A stretch of DNA of 64,000 bases from Heteronotia binoei (taxonomy: Eukaryota). The stretch is taken from assembly GCF_032191835.1 (NCBI RefSeq), contig NC_083227.1, positions 23,188,001 to 23,252,000 on the forward strand. The letters run 5' to 3'. The position numbers were made by a program, and so were the translations under genes. The notes beneath the pieces are model-generated. The model saw only the letters and a program-made list of their open reading frames with translations. It had not been told where the DNA came from and ran no database searches. Positions within the stretch are counted from its first letter, which is position 1. Each line of letters starts with the position of its first letter. Below, piece by piece: positions 11,169-23,872 of this stretch.

Positions 11169-11515
11169 TTGAAGAGGGTGAAGCATGGATCGGGGCAAAT
11201 CCCAGAATTGTTTGTCTAGGTCATAGACTTCTCAGAATATGAGATACTGTCACATCTTGACAGAGATAAATGTCCAACATCATTCAGACCATGCATTCAT
11301 GCCTCCTGCATTCTTGAGAACTGGTTATAATGTAAGGGCTGGAAGAGAATGGTCAAAGGGGTAATGATCATGCAGTCCAAGTAAATACAAAGTGGGACTT
11401 CTGGGATCAGAGAAAGATTTCATTCATGTGGGTAGGTTTAATCTTTGAACAATAAAGAAAGGCCCTATGAACTACTGATCTAGCATATATGATGACCAGT
11501 TCTGGGGAGATGATG

Positions 11516-12418
11516 TATCAACAGAAGTATAGTGTCCAGATCATGTGAAGAAATGGTATTTCTTTACTCAACTCTGGTAAGACCTCAGCTGGAGTATTGT
11601 GTTCATTTTTGAGCACCACATTTTAAGAAGGATATCTCGGCTTGGCTTCGCGAACGAAGATTTAAGAAAGGTGCAGTAGTCCACGTCTGCTGCAGGCTCG
11701 CTGGTGGCTGACAAGCCCAATGCAGGATAGGCAGGTCCGGCCACAGTGGCTGCAGGGAAAAGTCTGATTTGGGGTTGGTGCTGTAGCAGTGTGATTCGTC
11801 CTCAATTTCCTTTGTCCTCAAGACCAGCTATGTGTGCGTTCTCAAAGGAAGAGACAGCCTGGTGGATGGTATGCCTCCATGCTTTGCGATCTGAGGCTAG
11901 GTCAGACCACTGGTGATGGTTGATGCAAGAAGAAGGATATAGACAAGCTGGAAAGGTTCCAGAGGAGGGCAACAAAGATGGTGAGGGGTCAAGAGACCAA
12001 GTCCTATGAGGAAAGGTTGAAGGAGCTGGGCATGTTTAGCCTGGAGAGGAGGGGGCTGAGAGGTGATATGATCACCATCTTCAAGTCCTTGAAGGGCTGT
12101 CATCTAGAGAATGGTGTGGAATTGTTTTCTGTGGCCCCAAAAGGTAGGACCAGAACCAATGGATTGAAATTAAATCAAAAGAGTTTCCGGCTCAGCATTA
12201 GGAAAAATTTCCTGACTGTTAGAGTGATTCCTCAGTGGAACAGGCTTCCTCGGGAGGTGGTGGGCTCTCCTTCCTTAGAAGTTTTGCAGAGGCAAGATGG
12301 CCATCTGACAGCAATGTGGATCCTGTGAATTTAGGGGGAGTTTTATGGGAGTTTCCTGCATTGTGCAGGGGGTTGGACTAGATGACCCTGGATGTCCCTT
12401 CCAACTCTGTTATTCTAT
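11516..12418 (+). mobile_element. CR1 3' fragment in intron 3 (shared by both copies)
   Basis: ORF 11978-12328 (YEERLKELGMFSLERR...WNRLPREVV) and an ATTCTAT tail. Paralog at 47172-47776. Confidence 0.85.
11636..11929 (-). mobile_element. RTE LINE 3' fragment nested in CR1, copy-A specific
   Basis: Reverse complement of the 3' end of the RTE at about 29977-30268. 11-bp TSD AAGAAGGATAT at 11625-11635 and 11930-11940. A single copy of that motif is at the empty site (47284-47294). Confidence 0.93.
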
Positions 12419-12506
12419 GTACTGAGAGACCCATATCTTCTCTTGCTCTTTTAATGGTATTGGTAGGCATCCCGGGCACATAGTTTTTCAGACGCCTTAG
12501 CTGGAT

Positions 12507-13124
12507 TGTTAGCCAAATAGCCCTCAAGAGAGGTGTTGGGGATTTTATTAGGTGGGCAAAAATTGTACAAGAGTGATAACCTCTGTATATCAGAGTCAGT
12601 CCTCCTTAGCAGCCTATTAAAACAACAAGTTGGGTTTTTAACTAAAAATAGAATGTATTAGCATAAAAGAAAATACAAATTCTCATCATACATACAGATC
12701 TAGGAAAAATAGGTAGGAAAATGATAGGGACTTTTGCATTAGCAGAAACTGTTGTGATTAACAGGTAATACTAGTTCCTGTCTGTGACAAGAAAAGGGAG
12801 ATTCCTCAGCGAAGACGAGATAAGGGAAGGGGAGCAAGAGAGGACCATCATCACCTGCAATAAGGGACCCATTCTGATCAGGATTGGGGGTGGCTCCAGC
12901 AGCAAGGTAGGAGTCAGTCAGAGACACACCTGGATGGCCAGAAAGCTGGCCTTATATAGCCAATTTCATACCTTTAGGCAAGGTCTCGTGATGAGATTTG
13001 CCTACTAGGTCATAGTTCCCAGGAACCTGAACAAAAGAATTTTCTAGAGAATTATGGTCCATGGAGTGTGAGTCATATTTAAACAAAAGAAATTAGAGTG
13101 ATCAATTTAGGGTCAAATATTCAT
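12507..13124. mobile_element. LTR-like repeat
   Basis: Starts TGTTAG. The paralog 47865-48499 runs TGTTAG...TGTAACA, and a diverged relative starts at 32806. No TSD was confirmed. Confidence 0.5.
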
Positions 13125-13676
13125 GGGTGATAGGATGTAGCTGATGACAGACGATCTTTCCAACCACATTCTATTGAGCGGGAGGTTCTTCTTGATGAAT
13201 GACAGGAAGATTCCCTTGTCTTGAGACACACATTGCAACAGTTCTTTGTTGACAGCTATGTGCATTTCCAAAGCATATGCGAGACTCGGGAATGTGGTGT
13301 GTGAGGAAGAAACCTTCTCTACATGGTGGTTTGGAGGATATTATGTTGTCTTCTTGAAACATCTCAGGAATGTGGCTTCTCTCAGGGCTGCTTCTGGCTC
13401 TGTCTTCTTGGAGACAGAGTTGCAGTTGCTGATCAGCAGGGCTGGGCAGCTAGTAGATGAAGCATAATCCCAGGTTGATTTTACAACCATAGACTATCCA
13501 CAATATATCAGCAGCAGGCAGGGAGCATGTTAAGGCTCGGCCTGACTAAATGCTGTATAGCCTGTGAGGGCTAAGTGTCCATAGCTGATCTGGCATAAAT
13601 GACAGCTGGTTACAGCCCATAACAGTTCAGAGTGGTTGGAGAGGGGGCCCAGGGCCAACAGCAGTGACATACTTTA

Positions 13677-14253
13677 TGTCATGGGTGAGAGCAATGGTGA
13701 CAACTATGCAGGGGCCCTGCCCAAGTTTACAGGAGACCCTGCAGCTGGCCCCTCTGATGTTCCATGCCATGATCCAAGACAGCATTCCCCACACAGCTGG
13801 CCCCTCTGATGCTCCCTGCCATCATCCAAGAGGCACAGCTGCAAGTGGAAACCCCACCTGTCTCGCCCCCACAGGTAGCTCAGCTGTGGGAGTGACTCCT
13901 CTGAGATTTGGAGACCTGCGAGAGGGACACAAGCCTGCAGGGAAGGTGGTCGCTGAGTCCTGAATACTAACAGGAGCCCTATTGCTTGCTAATTGAAGGA
14001 TCACAGGAGGCTCATATAGCCCTTGCTTGGGACTAGGCTCTCCCTGGAAGCAACAAGTCGCATCTGTTATGACTAGCATCCACCCCGGCTCTTCTGTTCC
14101 TGGTTGATCTTTCTGGCTTTTTGATTCTTGGCCCCCAACAACCTTGCTCTTCACCCTCTGACTCGGCTACCTGGCTCAGCTTTGGTTAGAACTCCCTGGC
14201 TCAGCTCTGGACTGGACTTGGACTTTGCTCCTGACTGCACCCGACCTGTGATA
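13677..14253. mobile_element. Solo LTR (Gypsy-like), shared by both copies
   Basis: Bounded TGTCA...TGTGATA here and TGTCA...TGTGACA in the paralog at 49088-49665. Contains short CTGGAC-type repeats like the LTR at 62825. No clean TSD. Confidence 0.6.
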
Positions 14254-15625
14254 CTTCATCAGTGTGGCATGTGTTTTATCTAAGGTCTCAGAAGGCTGAT
14301 GGCTCCTGAATGCAGCTGGGAAGTGATATGGTGGTGATAGGGGAACAGTAATGGAAAGTTCTGTTTACATGGGGGAAAGAAGTCAGGGACGTACAGGTAT
14401 GCCTCCTATTATTCTATGAAATTTTGGTGGAGTGTGAGCCTGGCATCTCAGCTGGCCCTGAGGAAGAGCCCCAAGAACTGTGGCACTCTGACCTCCTTTG
14501 AGAAATGAGCTCTATGGTACTCTGGAAGGTTACAGAATGTAACATTGATCCATAGTCACATCCTCAATGTCATTTTGTACCAACTGGATTCTCTGAGTTG
14601 AACTCAGTTACATTAGTGTGGCTAGAAGATGCCTGGAGTACATTCATGCACAGCAGTCCAGAGGAAACTTTTATCTGTTTAAAAAATTACAACACCCTCA
14701 TATCTCTTCTGAATCCTGGCACTAAACACAGCAGTCTGATTAAGAAGATTTTCAATGGTGCATGAGATAAAAACACACTCAAGTAAACTATTTTCAGAGG
14801 GTTGCTGTGCTGGTCTGTAGGAGAACAGCCCAGAGTGGGGTAGAAGGATTCAAGGTTCTCTAGTCCTAGTTGTATAGGATGAAAGGGAACTTGGACTCTC
14901 AAACACTGAGGCCCCGCCCACCTCCAAATCTTTTTGATGTCAAGGGAGTTGCTAGACTTGAGTCCACCAAATTGAAAACAATGCCAAGACCACAGGTTTA
15001 GAAATGCAGTTATTGAAGAACTCAGCCATTTAAAACAAAACAAAACAAAAGTTTTAAACACAGAGAGCATTAAGACAAACACAGCCAATTTGGATTTCCA
15101 TTCATTTGGGAAACAGATTTGTTCTCGATTCTTCTTAGTCATTTCTCATACAAAAGGGGATTTTAATCACCCAGTGTGAGGACTACAAAATAGATATGAT
15201 GATCAGAGGAACACTGTAGATGATCCAGAGTCACCAGTGGTGGATATCTTGTATTAACCATCACCCATAATGAGTAAGAATATCCCTGTAGATTTGGGGG
15301 TGGAGTGTGGCCCTGGACCATTCAATGAAGAGTCTGTACAGATGAGTGCTTAATGCATTGGGCTGGGATTTGGGGGGTGGAGGTTTGAGTCTTCCGTCTA
15401 CTGAAGAATTTTTGTCTAGTGACTCCCGCTTAGCCTAACATATCTCAGTCATTGGGAGATGGAGACAGTCATGCTATCATGAATAATTTTTCATTCTTTG
15501 CTGAGAGAAAATGATGGCATAAACATCTAAATGTATAAAACCGACAACTAAGAGGAAAACCACAGCCGTAACGAGCTTGTAGAAAAGCTGTCCTCTAAAT
15601 GCTGCTGTTCTCTCTGTGTTTCTAG

Positions 15626-15853
15626 CTTCATCCTTTCCTGAGACACTTCCAGTTACACAACACTTCCATGGGTGGAATGGATTTTAGTGAAAATGGGGAC
15701 CTGGAAGCCAACTTAGACCTTGTGAACATGGTCATCTTGCACAACTTTTCCATCTTGAGCATAAAAGTTGGGAGTATAGAAAGACAGGCCTCTGGGGAGA
15801 TGAAGCTGACCATTGATCAGGATGCTATTGTGTGGCCCATCTGGTATAGGCAG
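15626..15853 (+). CDS. Vmn2r: V2R-A exon 4
   Basis: Acceptor tttctag|, reads LHPFLRHFQLHNTSMGGMDFSENGDL...DAIVWPIWYRQ, donor |gtgtgg. 228 nt. Confidence 0.92.
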
Positions 15854-16128
15854 GTGTGGAAATTCATTAATTTCTTTCTATTTTTAATAAGGATGTGTCA
15901 GGTATAAAGATTTGTTTAGTACTATACATGAAACCTCCATGAACGTCGAATGAGCCTTTCATTTTAAATAGTAGTTATCCAGGTGGCTAACAATATGCAC
16001 ATGAAATGTAACTTTTAATTACATCAGTATTTTATAAAGACACACACACACACACACACATATATATTATATTGCCAAATGAATCAGTTCTCATTTCCCT
16101 AGATAATGCTCCTTGTCCTTATACATAG

Positions 16129-16255
16129 ATGCTGCCTGATTCCAGGTGTACCAAAAGCTGCCTCCCTGGATATGTGAAGGTGGAGCTGGAAGGAAGGCCC
16201 ATTTGCTGCTATAACTGTGCTCTGTGTGGAGAAGGGACCATCTCCACTCAGGAAG
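16129..16255 (+). CDS. Vmn2r: V2R-A exon 5 (Cys-rich domain; absent from the ORF track)
   Basis: Acceptor atacatag|, reads [42 protein letters not shown](D), donor |gtgggt. 127 nt, phase 1. Confidence 0.92.
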
Positions 16256-16929
16256 GTGGGTGATGAAAGAAACGGACACCCCTTTGGGTATGCAGCAAAG
16301 AATCAGTTTGTTATTTTCTAAGCGGGCTACAACTTTTTGGACTAGTCTTTCTTTTCCAGTTTTCGAAGGGAGAGACTACTGAGTAAATGGAGGTGAGTGT
16401 GGAGAAAAGTTCAGCACCATCAACTTTTGTTGCTTTGAGTGGCATTTATGATTGTTAGGGCGATGCCATACACTGCGGTCCTTTGTGTGCAGGGTCAGTC
16501 CTGTCAGATAAATCAGGCTTGTATGCATACATTTCCCCCAAATCCTCTAGTATCCTAGGAATCCCTTGAGAGGCATGCAGGTGTTCCTTGGTACACCTGT
16601 TGATGTCACACAGGTTGTAGCTGAGTAGTTTTGAGCCATGTATTATTTCACTGGATTGGTGTGAGGATATAGTGGGGTAATTTCATGAATTACCAACTGA
16701 AAGGTGGCATCCACATGCAATACTCAAGTCACGGTTTTTGTCCTTGGCTTAGCTTTAGCTCTGCATTTGTACTGGAAAACTCAACCTTCTACTGAAGCTG
16801 AGGTCCATCTGGCAACAATACTTTGACAGCAGCTCTCCCATATCTGAGGCAGCTATGCTTTGATAACCAAGGGATCCCTTGGTGCGGTAATATCAAGGAT
16901 GAACCAGGAACGCTGCCTTGTAGTGCTTT

Positions 16930-17420
16930 TCATCTACCAATGAGCCTTTGTTCTTTCCAAATCATTCCATGAAACCAGAGGTTTGAGTCAATCCCATCTT
17001 TGTCTTCTGTGGCTCTTGAATATAATTCTGTTTGAAGCAGAAACAGCTCTGGCCACCCTAACCGATGATCCTGACTGGGTGAGTGATATGGGGTGCACAT
17101 CCCTCTTGATCTTTCAGGTCTTCAATGCCATTAACCACAACATTCTTTTGGGGACATTGGCTGTTTCTAAAAATGTGGGAACACACACATTGCTTGGTCC
17201 TTCTTCTTCACTGACCAATTCTGGAAGCTAGTGCTGGCAGGGAGACTGCTGTTTGGCCCCACTGCTTTCAAGCTATGGGGTCCCACCAGGATTCAGCTTG
17301 TTGGGGAAAGGGGGAGAATGGTATGTCTGCTCATGATGAGGAAGTCCGTGGTTTCTAGTTTGCATTTTTATAATCTAACGAAAGCCAGGTTAGGTTTCCT
17401 TGATCTGATGCTCATTCTCC
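16930..17420 (+). mobile_element. Old L2-like RT relic
   Basis: Reads ETALATLTDD...LLIFQVFNAINHNILL, resembling LINE RT. It lies in a ~880-bp segment (about 16722-17598) missing from copy B. Confidence 0.5.
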
Positions 17421-18005
17421 ACATCGCAATGACAACTGTGGAGGGCCAATTTCCAAGTTATGCAGGATCCAATTTAATTAATGAGTGCAGGATGAGGCAC
17501 GATGGACTTCAGCTTTCTCCCCTGGGCAGTCATCTCAACCAAAAACAGCCATTCCATGGTTTTTATTGAAAATTAGCCTCTGCAGCACTTGGGAAATAAG
17601 CCATAGGCAGCTGAATTGAATATGTGACATTTTGAAATGCCACATTTAGTTTGAGATTTCATTGGTGGTGGAAGGAAAAGAGGTTTCATGGTGTACCAAG
17701 TGATACCAGATAGAAAAGAAGAAGAAAACACATTTTGAGGAATAGGAAACCAAGGCCTATTGGATTTAACAGGATATTTCATTTCCTAAGCAATAGCAAA
17801 TTTTCAGGATAATTAGACACATAATGGGTGATCACATACTGGCACTTTGGACTGACTCAGAGATGGCTCTGAAATCAAACCAAAAATCTTTGCACACACA
17901 AACATCTGCTGCCCATACCTGTTCTGTATTCTCCCTGGTCTTCGCAGGTTGGATCAAAAAGCTACCACTTCCAAAATGGTAGCAAATTTCTTATCTAACA
18001 GCCAG

Positions 18006-18452
18006 TTTATTTATTTATTTATTTATATTGGGATTTATACCCCGCCCTTCGCACCGAAGTGTCTCAGGGCGGCTTACAACATGATAATACAAATACTACA
18101 ATTTAAAACACTTACAAGTAAAATTAAAACCATAAATTAATAAAAGCAAGATAGATAAAAACCGGCGGTCTACAGATGCATTTTGTTCCATCCAAAAGAT
18201 TTCCTTGTCAGTCAGTATTATAGGCCTGCCGGAAGAGGGCTGTCTTACAGGCCCTGCGGAACTGCCCTAGGTCCCGCAGGGCCCGCACCTCCTCCGGCAG
18301 CTGGTTCCACCAATAAGGTGCCGTTACTGAGAAGGCCCAATCCCTGGTGGATTTTAGACGGGCCTCCTTTGGCCCGGGGACTATCAACAGGTTTTGTGAA
18401 CCCGAGCGTAGTACTCTCTGGGGAACGTGTGGGGAAAGACGGTCCCTAAGTT
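18006..18452 (-). mobile_element. L2-clade LINE 3' fragment, copy-A specific
   Basis: (TTTA)n tail and AFSVTAPYWWNQLPEEVRALRDLGQFRRACKT. The empty site is at about 57215-57230. Confidence 0.85.
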
Positions 18453-18599
18453 GTGCAGTCGGTATCTGGAAGTGGTAGAGCGTGTGGGGAAAGACGGTCC
18501 CTAAGTTGTGCAGTCGGTATCTGGAAGTGGTAGAGCGGATGCAAGATGACTTGTCTGTGTGAAAATGCCAAGCTGCTTCCACCTCCCCCCACCTTAAAA

Positions 18600-21500
18600 A
18601 CTGTTGGGAAGCAGATCATAGCCCTTTTCTAATATTGTTAAAAGAAGAATGTAAAAAAATTAGATGGAGATTGAACATGCAGTTACTATAAAAGGAGCAA
18701 TTTGTTCTGGATGCAGAAAAAGAACTCATTTTTTTGAGGTGAATAAGCAAGAGGAAACATCCCCATGTACCATTTGGAATGTGAGCAAGTCATATTTTAG
18801 GGGAATAGCAATTAAATAGAATGCAAGACAAAATAAGATGAAGAGACAAAAAAGTGATGGAATTAATCTCGACTCTTAAAAATAAGGAAGATGGTTTGAA
18901 AAGAAATCCCTCAAGTAAGACATTGAAGTCTGAGATAAAATTGTTGCAGCATCACTTGAATGTACTACATCTTGATGAGGTGGTGAAAAATATTAGATAT
19001 GCAAGACAAAAATATTTTGAGTGGGCAAATAAGTCCAGGAGATGGTTGTCTTATAAAATAAGAAAAAAGGAGAATAATTTTATATATTCATTATGAGATA
19101 AGAAGGGTGAAAAAAGATTTCAAAAGAAAGAAATCAAAGAGATAGTAAGAGACGTTTATAGAGCTGTACCAAAAAACAGAGATTAAGAAAAAAGATCAGA
19201 TTGAATATTTGCAATCACAATGATTGCCAAAATTAAGTGATGAGCAAAGGAAGATATTGAATGATCCAATAACGATACCAGAAATAAAAGAAGCCATGAC
19301 AAATATGAAAAAAGGGAAGGCTCCAGGCCCAGATGACATTCCTTTGGAATATTATATTACATTTGAAGATTGTCTCCTATTTCCATTCAAAAGATTGTTA
19401 CTACATATCTGAAACTTTGCTGAAATACCAGGAACTTGGAAAGAGGCAAATATTACTTTAATACCAAAAGGAGAGACGAACTTAAACGAAATAAAAAATT
19501 ATAGGCTGATCTCACTGTTAAACAAGAATTATAAGATCTTTGTTGCAATTCTTTCAAGAAGAATGAAAAGAATCTTACATCATATTATTCATAGTGACCA
19601 ATCAGGTTTTTTTTTTTACCTCAGAGACAAATTAGAAATGACATTAGAACAATCTTAAATGTGCTGAAATATTGTGAAGTACACAACAAAAAGAAATTTG
19701 CCCTAAATTTTCTTGATGCTGAGAATGCGTTTGATAATCTAGATTGACAGTTTTTATTTGAAGTATTGAAAGAGATGGAATTTGGGGAGAAGTTTGGAGA
19801 TATAGTGCAAGCGATCTATTCTAATCAAAAAGCCAGGATAATTGTTAATGGAGAAATAACAGATTGTATTGAACTATGGAAAGGGACTAGACAGGGTTGC
19901 CTTCTGTCACCACTATTATTTATATTGCATTTGAAAGTTTTAAATATTGCAGTTTGAGAGAACAAGGATATCCAAGCTCTTAGAGTGAAAGGGGAGGAAT
20001 TTAAAGTACCATTCGCTGATGACCAAGTTTTTATACTGGAGGAACCGATAGAGTCTATCATAGCTTTAAAAGAAGAATTAAATAAGTTTGGGAAAGCCGC
20101 AGGCATGAAAGTTAATTTTGGGAAAACAAAAATGATAGTTAAAAATATACCTACCCAAATGCTAACGGAATTGGAAGGGAAATCCAACTTCCTAATTGTG
20201 AAAAAAGTACGGCATTAAGTTTTAAAACAACATTAAAATGATACAGTGATTTAAATCAGCAATATCTACAACCATTCCAGTTAATAATTTAATAATTTAA
20301 CAGCAGCAATGATGTTCCTGGCGCTATTCCGTCCATTGGCATAGTGGCAGAGTCACTAGATAGAATCATTTTGATGGATTGATCGACCATCCTTTGTCAG
20401 CAGTCCGCAAAGGCCTGCTTAAAAAGGATGGTCTTGCAGGCCCTGCGGAATTGGTCAAGACCCCGCAGGGCCCGCACCTCTTCCGGGAGCTGGTTCCACA
20501 GGCACGGAGCTGCAACAGTGAAGGCCCGTGCGCGGGTGTTCTGCAGTTTCGCCTGCTTTGGCCCAATACAGCTCATTAAAATGAAGAATCATGTAAGCAA
20601 CATCCAAGCAGCCCATCCTCAAGGTCATGGGCAAAGGTGATCAAGTTGGCTGAGTTGAGATGAGAATTGATTTCCATGCTAGATAGGGATGGAAGCAATA
20701 GCCATATAACTATTCCTGACATCATGTGCAGGACCATCTTTGAGGGAAACTATAGTAAGCTCTTGAAAGATTTGATTACCGTAGATGGGGAAGCTTACAG
20801 CTTTCATTTATGGGTAGGATTGCAGCCCTGAAAATGGCAATACTTCCCAAAATTACGTTTCTGTTTCAAGTAATACCTATACAATTAAAAAAATCTTTTT
20901 TTCAGTCAATTAATAAAGTTACGAGTAAGTTTATTTGGCAGGGTAAGAAGGCCTGGATTAAATATAAACTCTTGCAAGATGTTAGAGAGAGAGGAGGACT
21001 AGCATTACTAAATTGATAGCTTTATTACCGAGCTTGCATCTTGTTATGGATTAAAGATTGGATTAAACTAGGAAACAAGAGATTTGAAAACAGGCTGGTA
21101 TGCGTTTGGTATGAAATTAGTGGACCTAAATATTTTCAAAATAATTTACTAAGAAAATCTGTATTAACGGTGTGGGGGAAAGTGCGGAGGATGTTATATA
21201 ATAAAATACCAAACTGGGTAGCCCCATTAGAAGCTTGCATGCAATCCAATTTATCAAAAAAAGAGACATTTATAAGATATAAAGAAGTGCTGGATAAAGA
21301 AGGAACACTGAAATCAAGCAGTGAATTAAGAGCTCAAAATATTATCTTAGACTGGTGGCCAATGACACAGCTGAAGTCAAGATTTAAATTGGTTTTTATG
21401 TTCAAGATCATTTATTTGATAAGTTGCTATTAGAGAATGATGAAAAATTGATAAGTAAGGTTTATAAATATCTCCTCCAAATAGAAATGCAAGATGAAGA

Positions 21501-22150
21501 AGTTAAGGATGTGATGGTTAAATGGGCAAGGAATATAGGGTACAATATTAATTTAGAGCAATGGACACTGATCAGGAAAACTAATATAAAAATTACGAGG
21601 TCAATGGCATTCAAAGAAAATGTGTACAAAATGATATATCGTTGGCATATGACACCAAATATAATTGCTAAAATGTATCCAGGTATATCCAACAAATGTT
21701 GGAAGTGTGAAAATCATACTGGCACTTACTTTCATGTCTGGTGGTCCTGCAAAAAGATGAAAGAGTTTTGGATAGCAGTGCATGAACTACTACAAAAAAT
21801 ATTTAAAATAGCTATTCTGTTCAAGCCAGAGCTTTTTAAATTAAACCTATTACCCTGTAAAGTTGAATTGGAATCTATTTTATGAATGGATATGTAAATA
21901 TAAATAATGGTTTAGTTAAGAGAATTTTGCCAGTTAAGAAACATTTTTGCATAAATTGTATAATTTGAAATGGGGGGTAAAACGAGTGATAAGTAATATA
22001 GAAATCACAAATTGTATGAAACAGATGTATTATTAGGTAATAGTTGTTACCGTACTCTCCATCCTTTTTAATGGTTGTTGATGTGTGCTGTGTGGATGTT
22101 TAAGTTATGTTATGTGGTGTATTGAATAAACTTTTAAAAGTAAAAAAACA
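18600..22150 (+). mobile_element. L1/Tx1-clade LINE relic in intron 5
   Basis: Fragmented ORF2 (KAPGPDD, GTRQGCLLSPLLF, FADD, CWKC...FHVWWSC), with AATAAA and an A-rich end near 22125-22150. Paralog at about 57330-61415. Confidence 0.85.
20217..20726 (-). mobile_element. L2-clade 3' fragment plus unassigned DNA inserted in the L1 relic, copy-A specific
   Basis: About 20390-20560 matches the 6920-7070 L2 sequence in the same orientation. The L1 sequence is contiguous at about 59700-59760 in copy B. Confidence 0.75.
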
Positions 22151-22329
22151 ACAACAGCTGTTGTACCATCAAATGTTGTACCAACAAATTTGTTGTACCA
22201 TCTTGATCTTGTTGTGGTTTAATAATCTCATTCAGCTGTGAGCTATCTCCAGCAGTAATGCAGAGAACAAAACCCTTAATTAATCATTTGGTTATTTTTA
22301 TCTGATTAAGGGACTGGTATTTTTGTGTA

Positions 22330-23640
22330 CTTGAAACTTGCTATTTTATTTTAAATAGTTGTATTAGGTTTTTAGGTAGAATAGGTTTAAGGGTATAGGG
22401 AAAGGGGAAAAAAAGAAATAAATAAATTAATATTGTTATAGCATTTCTACTTATACATTATTCATTTCATATTCTCTACATTCATTATCAATCATCTTAT
22501 AATATTTTTCTGCATTTTCATCTTGTTGTTGTTCAGTCGCACAGTCGAGTCCAACTGTTTGCTACCCCATGGATAAAGTCACGCCAGGCCCTCCTGTCTT
22601 CCACCAAGATTTCTCACATTTCATCTTACAATTCATCAACCATTAACATCTTGGGAATCTCCTACTAAGAAAAGAATATATTTTTATACAGCAATATTGA
22701 TCACACATCATATTTTTTTATGTTATTTGTGGAGTTTATGTAATATACTGTAACCAGTTATGAAATGGTTCCCATGTTTTCTTTGTTTCATAAGGATTAG
22801 CATCTTTCCGCCTGGCTGATATCCATGTCTGCAAGCTCTAGTAGTTTAGCTATCAACTCTTCATTTGTCGATATTTCCTATGATTTCCAATATTTGGTGA
22901 AAATTATTCTGGCTGCAGTCACTGCTTGTAACAAAAAGACCTTGGATTGTCTGGAATAATCCTCTGGTAACATATTTAGGAAAAAGAGCTCTGGTTTAAA
23001 TCTGATTTGTACCTTCAAATTTTTTTGTAACAGTTCATGTATCATCTTCCAATAGGTCTTTGCTGTATCACAAAACCACCAGACATGAGAGAAAGTGCCT
23101 GTTGCAGTCTTACATTTCCAACACTTATTTGACATGTTCTGATAAATTTTTGCAGATTTGTCTGGAGTTAGATACCATCTATAAAACATTTTGTAAATAT
23201 TCTCTTTTAAGTCCATTGATCTAGTCATTTTTATATTACATATCCACACCTTCTCCCCGGATTCCAGGTTTATATTATGTGCCAAATTTTGAGTACATTT
23301 AACCATACAGCCTTTTTTATACTCTCATGTTGCATCTTTAGGTTCAAAAGAAAGTTATATATCTTTGTTATTAGTTTGCCTTATGATTCAGACATTATCT
23401 TATCAAAAAGAGATTTTATTTTAGCAAAACCTATCACTTCATCCTTTGCATATCTAGATTTTATTTGAAGCTTTGTCCACCAATCTAGTATTATATCTTG
23501 TTGAGTTAATTCATCATCCATCTTTAGGTCATCTACATCTACATCTGAAAGGAGGGACTCATATATCAATATCTTTTGAAAATCCAATAAATATGGTTGA
23601 GTGAATGTTTCTCTAGGAGAGACACATTTGGGTATCTCTT
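22330..23640 (-). mobile_element. Second L1 relic (3' end), antisense
   Basis: ORF 22878-23306 (MFYRWYLTP...CWKCKTATGTFSHVWWFC). Paralog at about 61570-62824. Confidence 0.8.
22523..22604 (-). mobile_element. BovB / Sauria-SINE 3' tail fragment
   Basis: Minus strand reads GGTGGAAGACAGGAGGGCCTGGCGTGAC...CCATGGGGT...GACTGTGCGACTGAACAACAACAA. Paralog at 61782-61863. Confidence 0.75.
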
Positions 23641-23872
23641 TATATATTTGGGGTTTTAGCCAACTCCAGATAATAAATAAAGAACTTCCTATTTCATGAT
23701 TTTATTTTTATAGCTTTCTAGTTTTGTGCCCAAAGGACAGAAAGCCCCCCGCCAACACACACACAAAAATCATCACCCCAATGCATAGGCTTTATGAAAT
23801 ATAAAGGAGTACAGACTGACATGGAAATGAATGAGATATCCATGATGCTAAAGTCAGTGTCTTTCTTTCCAG

